Positions 59,864-64,000 of a stretch of 64,000 bases of DNA are shown here, piece after piece (the stretch's first letter is position 1; every line of letters begins with the position of its first letter). Below the pieces are notes generated by a model that was given only the letters and a program-made list of their open reading frames with translations, was not told the origin of the DNA and searched no databases. A program made the translations under genes and the position numbers. The DNA comes from an uncultured virus (IMG/VR IMGVR_UViG_3300032331_003338). Taxonomy: Duplodnaviria; Heunggongvirae; Uroviricota; Caudoviricetes. The stretch is taken from IMG/VR virus record IMGVR_UViG_3300032331_003338; one strand, 5' to 3'.

Positions 59864-60259
59864 GTGATGACGAACAAGTGGGAACTGATTCACGATGAGG
59901 AACTATCACCAGACAGGACGCTGGCGGTCTATCTAAGTCGCTACGAGAGCGGCGACTCAAGGATCGTCTTTGAGAGCAACATTCAGGGGCTTCGCATTAG
60001 ATACTATGCGTTCGCTCAGGATGCCATCGAAGACACCTGTCCGCTGGCCGACATCTGCTATGGAGAGAATAGCCTTCGATGGGAAGCTCACGAGCAGGAT
60101 GCGTTCATGGATTTGGTGTGCGACTTTATCCCTGTTGATGGCCCGATCACATGCGCTCATGACGGAACATGCGAAGAGCGATTCCATGAGGCGCAGGTAG
60201 CACTTGAGAATGAGGAGAAGGACGACTGCGCTTCATGCCAGAAGCTGGTGGTGTCGTGA
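59864..60259 (+). CDS. Hypothetical protein
   Basis: 131 aa, AGGAGG SD. Confidence 0.7.
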   Translation: MMTNKWELIHDEELSPDRTLAVYLSRYESGDSRIVFESNIQGLRIRYYAFAQDAIEDTCPLADICYGENSLRWEAHEQDAFMDLVCDFIPVDGPITCAHDGTCEERFHEAQVALENEEKDDCASCQKLVVS

Positions 60260-60432
60260 TGACCAAGCCATACATGATCGTCCTGAGAATAGACATTGAC
60301 GAACGAGCAGACCATCCACTAAACTGGGACTGGACAAGCCTATTGGACTTGCCTAACAGCGGCGGGGTTCAGGTTCTCGTCGCCCAAGAAATCACTGACC
60401 TGAACGATAAGGAGGAGAACGACAATGCCTAA
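60259..60432 (+). CDS. Small hypothetical protein
   Basis: HP..WDW..LLD; TGATG coupling. Confidence 0.6.
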   Translation: MTKPYMIVLRIDIDERADHPLNWDWTSLLDLPNSGGVQVLVAQEITDLNDKEENDNA

Positions 60433-61219
60433 CTGGTGCGTGAACAAACTAAACATCACCGGCAATACAAAGGACATTGCGGCCTTGATCAAGCAGGTAG
60501 CAGGAACGGACGGCAATGAAGATCAGAGAATCTTGGACTTCTCCAAGATCGTGCCGCCTCCGACCAGCAAGTTCTACGCAATCAACGAAGGCCAGAATGA
60601 TTTCCAATGCGGCTGTAAGAAGGAGTTCATCACCACGAAGGTCGCTGAGGGCGAGCCGTTTACCGAAGGCTTTGTTTCGCACGAAGGATACTGGGCGGTG
60701 AACGGCGTGGCGGTTGAGAAGATGATTCTTGGCAACGGCACAATCAAGGACGAAGTTGGAGCTGCCTTCGGTGGGGTTGAGGTGTGCCCAGAGCATAAGG
60801 TTCCGCAGAACTCATCGCACCCTGACTGGTGGTACAACTGGAATGTTGCCAACTGGGGTACGAAGTGGAATGCGAGTGGGCCACACTTGGAGCGCGTGAA
60901 GAACACGCACATCACCTATCACTTTGATACGGCATGGGCTCCTCCTACAAATGTTGTTGAGGCGTTGGCTGAGCAGTATCCAACCTTGTCGTTTGAGTTC
61001 TCTTGCTGTGAGGGCGGCATGGGCTTTGCTGGGCGGCTCATCTACACTGGCGGCACGCTGCTCTCCGACGAGACCTACGATGCGACAGACCTCCCAGATG
61101 ATGCGTGGCTCACCGACGATGATGGCCATAGGTCGTACGAGCGGGACTATGATAAGGTTCCAGCAACCGCGTTCGAGCGGTTCTGTGAAGAAGAGTTTGG
61201 CGGAGTAGTAGGAGGCTAA
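60425..61219 (+). CDS. DUF1281/YubB ferredoxin-like (Api92-like) protein
   Basis: MPNWC.N.L.I.G, DF.KIVP.P, WY.WN..NWGTKW, FDTAW.PP. Confidence 0.8.
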   Translation: MPNWCVNKLNITGNTKDIAALIKQVAGTDGNEDQRILDFSKIVPPPTSKFYAINEGQNDFQCGCKKEFITTKVAEGEPFTEGFVSHEGYWAVNGVAVEKMILGNGTIKDEVGAAFGGVEVCPEHKVPQNSSHPDWWYNWNVANWGTKWNASGPHLERVKNTHITYHFDTAWAPPTNVVEALAEQYPTLSFEFSCCEGGMGFAGRLIYTGGTLLSDETYDATDLPDDAWLTDDDGHRSYERDYDKVPATAFERFCEEEFGGVVGG

Positions 61220-61584
61220 TGATGGCAGAGGCAGCGTTTAGGGATTACATCGACGGCAATACCATTGACGACATTGTTGCTGCTGGGGAGACCTTCGTCT
61301 ACGGAGAGGTGTACCCGAAGCTCTCTGGCGTGATCGCTCGCAATGGGCTCTATGAAGCACTGGCCGGCTCATCGGAGGGCTTCGAGGATGAGTCCATAGA
61401 CATCTTCATGAACGGAGATGCGTTCCGCTCGCATGAGCGACACGGCAACATTGTAATTGGCTGGGTGGAAGGAATGCGCGGAGCGAACATTGCCATCTTC
61501 GGATACGACGAGGCCGCGAAGGAATACATCGACGAGCTTCGGAAGAGCGCAGAAGAAGCTGGGATAACCTACTTCGAAGACTAG
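61219..61584 (+). CDS. Acidic hypothetical protein
   Basis: 121 aa, AGGAGG SD. Confidence 0.65.
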   Translation: MMAEAAFRDYIDGNTIDDIVAAGETFVYGEVYPKLSGVIARNGLYEALAGSSEGFEDESIDIFMNGDAFRSHERHGNIVIGWVEGMRGANIAIFGYDEAAKEYIDELRKSAEEAGITYFED

Positions 61585-61862
61585 TTCGCTAGGCCTGATC
61601 CGGGAATAACCTCTGGCATGTCTTCTGGGTCGGGAGACTCAAACCCCTCTGGGGTGTTGATCCAACGCACGCTGAACTCTATGTCTTCTGCCTCGGTGTC
61701 GTACTGCTCTGCGTCCCGGCCAATGGCCGCTAGGACTGCTATTGGGTTGAGGGCGATCTCGTAGAACCCAGCACTCGAAGTAATGTGCCAAGTATTAGGT
61801 TGTCCAGGTCTATAGACAACGAAGTATTCCATGAGTGGATTGTCCCCCGCACCCCAACACAT
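61581..61862 (-). CDS. Acidic hypothetical protein, antisense to neighbours
   Basis: Fills the gap between + strand genes; start uncertain (61862 or 61832). Confidence 0.55.
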   Translation of the reverse strand: MCWGAGDNPLMEYFVVYRPGQPNTWHITSSAGFYEIALNPIAVLAAIGRDAEQYDTEAEDIEFSVRWINTPEGFESPDPEDMPEVIPGSGLAN

Positions 61863-61885
61863 CACCATAGTCTAGTGATCTGCTG

Positions 61886-61914
61886 TTGACGCAGCGATCT
61901 CGTTCGCTTACAAT
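61886..61914 (+). promoter_or_regulatory. Sigma70-type promoter
   Basis: TTGACG-17-TACAAT; leader hairpin AGCTGGG/CCCAGTT. Confidence 0.75.
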
Positions 61915-61961
61915 CGTGGTACGAGCTGGGCGTTTCCCAGTTGTGGTTAGGAAGGATTAGT

Positions 61962-62414
61962 ATGGAAACGGTTCGTAATCAGGAGATGTACAATGAGTAC
62001 TTCTCCGGACAAACACTTCAGGAAGTAGCTGATAAGTACAACTTGACTCGTCAACGAGTTCAGCAAATCGTCAAGAAGATGGGGCCATCTCGTCCCCGCG
62101 TTTCGAACGGCGGTCGACATCGTAAGTTTGATTACAAGGTCATCGCTCAGTATGTGGAAGAGAACAAGTCGACGGTTCATGCGACGGCCAATCACTTTGG
62201 CTGCTCTATTACCACCATCATGAATGCTCTGTATGCCGAAGGAATCGAGCCGACCAAGAAGCAGAGGTTTACCTCGCTGGTCGTTCAGGACATCGTGACC
62301 CGCTATCTTGCCGGCGAAAAGCTTCGCGTCATCGGCGAGTCATACAATACAAGTGCTCAGTACATCAACACTGTGCTGCGCCGTGCCGGAGCTGTTGCCA
62401 AGCGTCGTAAGTAA
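61962..62414 (+). CDS. Triple-HTH DNA-binding protein
   Basis: TLQEVADKYNLTRQRVQQI, TVHATANHFGCSITTI, LRVIGESYNTSAQYI. Confidence 0.8.
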   Translation: METVRNQEMYNEYFSGQTLQEVADKYNLTRQRVQQIVKKMGPSRPRVSNGGRHRKFDYKVIAQYVEENKSTVHATANHFGCSITTIMNALYAEGIEPTKKQRFTSLVVQDIVTRYLAGEKLRVIGESYNTSAQYINTVLRRAGAVAKRRK

Positions 62415-62684
62415 ATGGAAGAGCAGCAGAAGCCACTCATCACTGCGGAAGACGCTAAGGCCTTTACGAAGTATCGCAAGGCCTATGAGCGGCATGCTGG
62501 GTATTGTCGCAGGGTTCGTCAGTACGCGAGAATGAATCGGGCGTTTCTTCTCAGTGCTGGATGGCTAGACTGGGCGTTCGAAGAAGCCGGTAAGCCGTTC
62601 ATTTACGAAAGTCGATTGCCAGTGTGGACAGAGGAGCAGCTCTTTGCCCTCCAATCTGAGTACGACAGGAAGCAACAGAGATGA
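62415..62684 (+). CDS. Hypothetical protein
   Basis: 89 aa, abuts the HTH gene. Confidence 0.6.
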   Translation: MEEQQKPLITAEDAKAFTKYRKAYERHAGYCRRVRQYARMNRAFLLSAGWLDWAFEEAGKPFIYESRLPVWTEEQLFALQSEYDRKQQR

Positions 62685-62694
62685 AAATAGGGGC

Positions 62695-62762
62695 TTGACA
62701 GGCCGTCGGCGGGGCTGCTAGTGTGGCCTTGCCGATACTTGTCGGTAGGAAGTGTTAGGAGG
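62695..62762 (+). promoter_or_regulatory. Promoter / ACTT hairpin / SD cassette 4
   Basis: TTGACA-18-TAGTGT; CTTGCCGAT-ACTT-GTCGGTAGG; AGGAGG. Confidence 0.75.
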
Positions 62763-62766
62763 AAGT

Positions 62767-63216
62767 ATGGGATACGACATCTTTTCGCTGCTGCCCAATC
62801 GTGAGGCTGCGGCCGAGCACGCCAAGAAGTATCGCTCAATGTGGATTGAGCCAGACGGCTCGTATGCTGAGAAGGCTCCCGATACGCTCTATTTCCGGCT
62901 GAACATTTGGGGTATGCCAATGCTCCGAGAGTTCCACGAGGCTATCGGATTCGATGAAGTCAATGAGTGCCTCTACGACAATAGCGGCGATGTCATCAAG
63001 AGCTACCAGTGCCGAGGCCTATCAGAAATGATTGCCAAGATGAGCGACGATGAGATCATTGCCGAAATGAGCGTCATCATCAAGGGGAACGCATACGCCT
63101 CCGACGCAGACAAGGCTGACCCTTCCGAGGAGGCCAAGAGTTGGCTAGGCCTTATCCGAGAGTGGCAAGACTTCCTTGCTGCGTGCGCCGAACTGAAAGG
63201 GTGCGAAGTCCTATGA
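62767..63216 (+). CDS. Conserved phage hypothetical protein
   Basis: MGYD...YFR.NIW.M...N.G..I...C...FL..C..G pattern. Confidence 0.75.
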   Translation: MGYDIFSLLPNREAAAEHAKKYRSMWIEPDGSYAEKAPDTLYFRLNIWGMPMLREFHEAIGFDEVNECLYDNSGDVIKSYQCRGLSEMIAKMSDDEIIAEMSVIIKGNAYASDADKADPSEEAKSWLGLIREWQDFLAACAELKGCEVL

Positions 63217-63299
63217 TCGAAGTATTCTGGGGCGCAATCATCGGGCTGTGCCTATTGACGCTATCATTAGTTAGCGAGCGTAAGGAGGAGGAAGTATGA
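63213..63299 (+). CDS. 28-aa membrane peptide
   Basis: MIEVFWGAIIGLCLLTLSLVSERKEEEV; ATGA overlaps at both ends. Confidence 0.6.
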   Translation: MIEVFWGAIIGLCLLTLSLVSERKEEEV

Positions 63300-63565
63300 G
63301 GGACTTGACTATCACCTATCACCGAGACCCCGGCCACGGATGGTTTGAGGTCAAGCGTGAGCTGCTGGCCACGCTAGGGATTCAGCATCTCATCACTACA
63401 TTCTCGTTTGAGAAAGGTGATCGAGTATTCCTAGAAGAAGATCAGGACGCTGGCGTATTGGTGCGCTCGCTTGGGGAGCTTGGTATCAAGTACTCCACCG
63501 TGCCGCTCCACACCGATAACGACCATTGGATTAGGGGGCTTGACCGATACCAATACAAGCCCTAA
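63296..63565 (+). CDS. Conserved phage hypothetical protein
   Basis: DPGHGW..V...L..LGI...I...S....V.LEED.DA. Confidence 0.75.
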   Translation: MRDLTITYHRDPGHGWFEVKRELLATLGIQHLITTFSFEKGDRVFLEEDQDAGVLVRSLGELGIKYSTVPLHTDNDHWIRGLDRYQYKP

Positions 63566-63603
63566 GATTGCTTTGCGGCACTTGCCGTAGGGGAATAAGG
63601 AGG
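63540..63603 (+). promoter_or_regulatory. Promoter / ACTT hairpin / SD cassette 5
   Basis: TTGACC-17-TAAGAT; CTTTGCGGC-ACTT-GCCGTAGGG; AGGAGG. Confidence 0.8.
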
Positions 63604-63608
63604 AAGCT

Positions 63609-63779
63609 ATGGATGAAGTATGGGGCAAGGAGGATGGCTACTGCGCTTGGTGCGTAGATACCCTCATCATCGGGCAACCGATCTGGGAGTATGGCGTAGA
63701 CTCTCAGGGGGATAGCGTCAAGTACGCTTGCTGTACCAAGTGCGCAGCAGATAGAGAAGTAGAGGAGGAAGCTAGATGA
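63609..63779 (+). CDS. Small Zn-binding protein (56 aa, not in ORF track)
   Basis: MDEVWGKEDGYCAWC...CCTKC; AGGAGG SD. Confidence 0.65.
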   Translation: MDEVWGKEDGYCAWCVDTLIIGQPIWEYGVDSQGDSVKYACCTKCAADREVEEEAR

Positions 63780-64000
63780 GAAAGTACATTGACTTCTGGG
63801 ATAACCTAGACGACTTGTTGCTTCGACTTCATACCGACACGGAGGCCTATGTGATGGGGCCAGAGAAGCTTGGCCGGTGGTGCTGTAATACTTGTTCTGG
63901 TGCGGAGATCAGCTTGATGGCTGAATCCGATAATGTTAGCGATCCTATTATGTTTTACTATCACGACCAGAATAGGGACGACGACGTAGACGAGTGCCAT
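63776..64000 (+). CDS. Hypothetical protein, 3' truncated
   Basis: MRKYIDFW...WCCNTC...FYYHDQ; GAGGAGG SD; open to the window end. Confidence 0.65.
   Translation, partial: MRKYIDFWDNLDDLLLRLHTDTEAYVMGPEKLGRWCCNTCSGAEISLMAESDNVSDPIMFYYHDQNRDDDVDECH

Noticed and set aside
57230..63603. ACTT hairpins as terminators or a CRISPR-like array
   Set aside because: No U-tracts; they lie between -10 and SD; spacing is gene-sized and stems are not identical.
1..64000. CRISPR array, DGR or retron, integrase, transposon, intein, recoded stop codons
   Set aside because: By eye I found no repeat-spacer array, reverse transcriptase motif, adenine-variant repeat pair, recombinase or intein motif, and long ORFs are intact under the standard code.

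Overview
64 kb segment of a tailed dsDNA phage genome (siphovirus-like), standard genetic code. No portal, integrase or DNA replication genes are visible. 1-28.2 kb (+): 3' part of the major capsid gene, head-tail joining genes, two paralogous tail-tube genes, a tail chaperone with a -1 frameshift site, a 3599-aa tape measure protein (TMP) with non-TMP domains (DdrB/ParB-like motif, two HExxH zincins, a W/Y-rich unknown domain), a hub/tail-tip protein, a fibre with an S74 chaperone, a C39-like endolysin and a holin-like gene. An antisense metallophosphoesterase cassette interrupts this arm. 28.2-40 kb (-): a second, convergent arm of Ser/Thr-rich fibre/decoration genes plus a Pro-rich surface protein. 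40.6-42.5 kb (+): terminase, detached from the head genes. 42.5-52.3 kb: GT-A glycosyltransferases (three close paralogs in the window plus a fourth GT2), an NDP-sugar epimerase, DUF1599/Nmad1, an RlpA-like protein, ParB, a HExxH peptidase and tRNA-Ile(UAU). 52.3-64 kb: small early-type genes diverging from a ~730-bp non-coding hub. Best candidates for novelty: (i) the effector-loaded TMP; (ii) a repeated promoter / 5' hairpin with invariant ACTT loop / AGGAGG cassette, contrasting with apparently leaderless late operons; (iii) a glycosylation gene set; (iv) a split motif shared among the accessory fibres. Family calls come from motif recognition by eye, not database searches. A monoderm host is only a weak inference.
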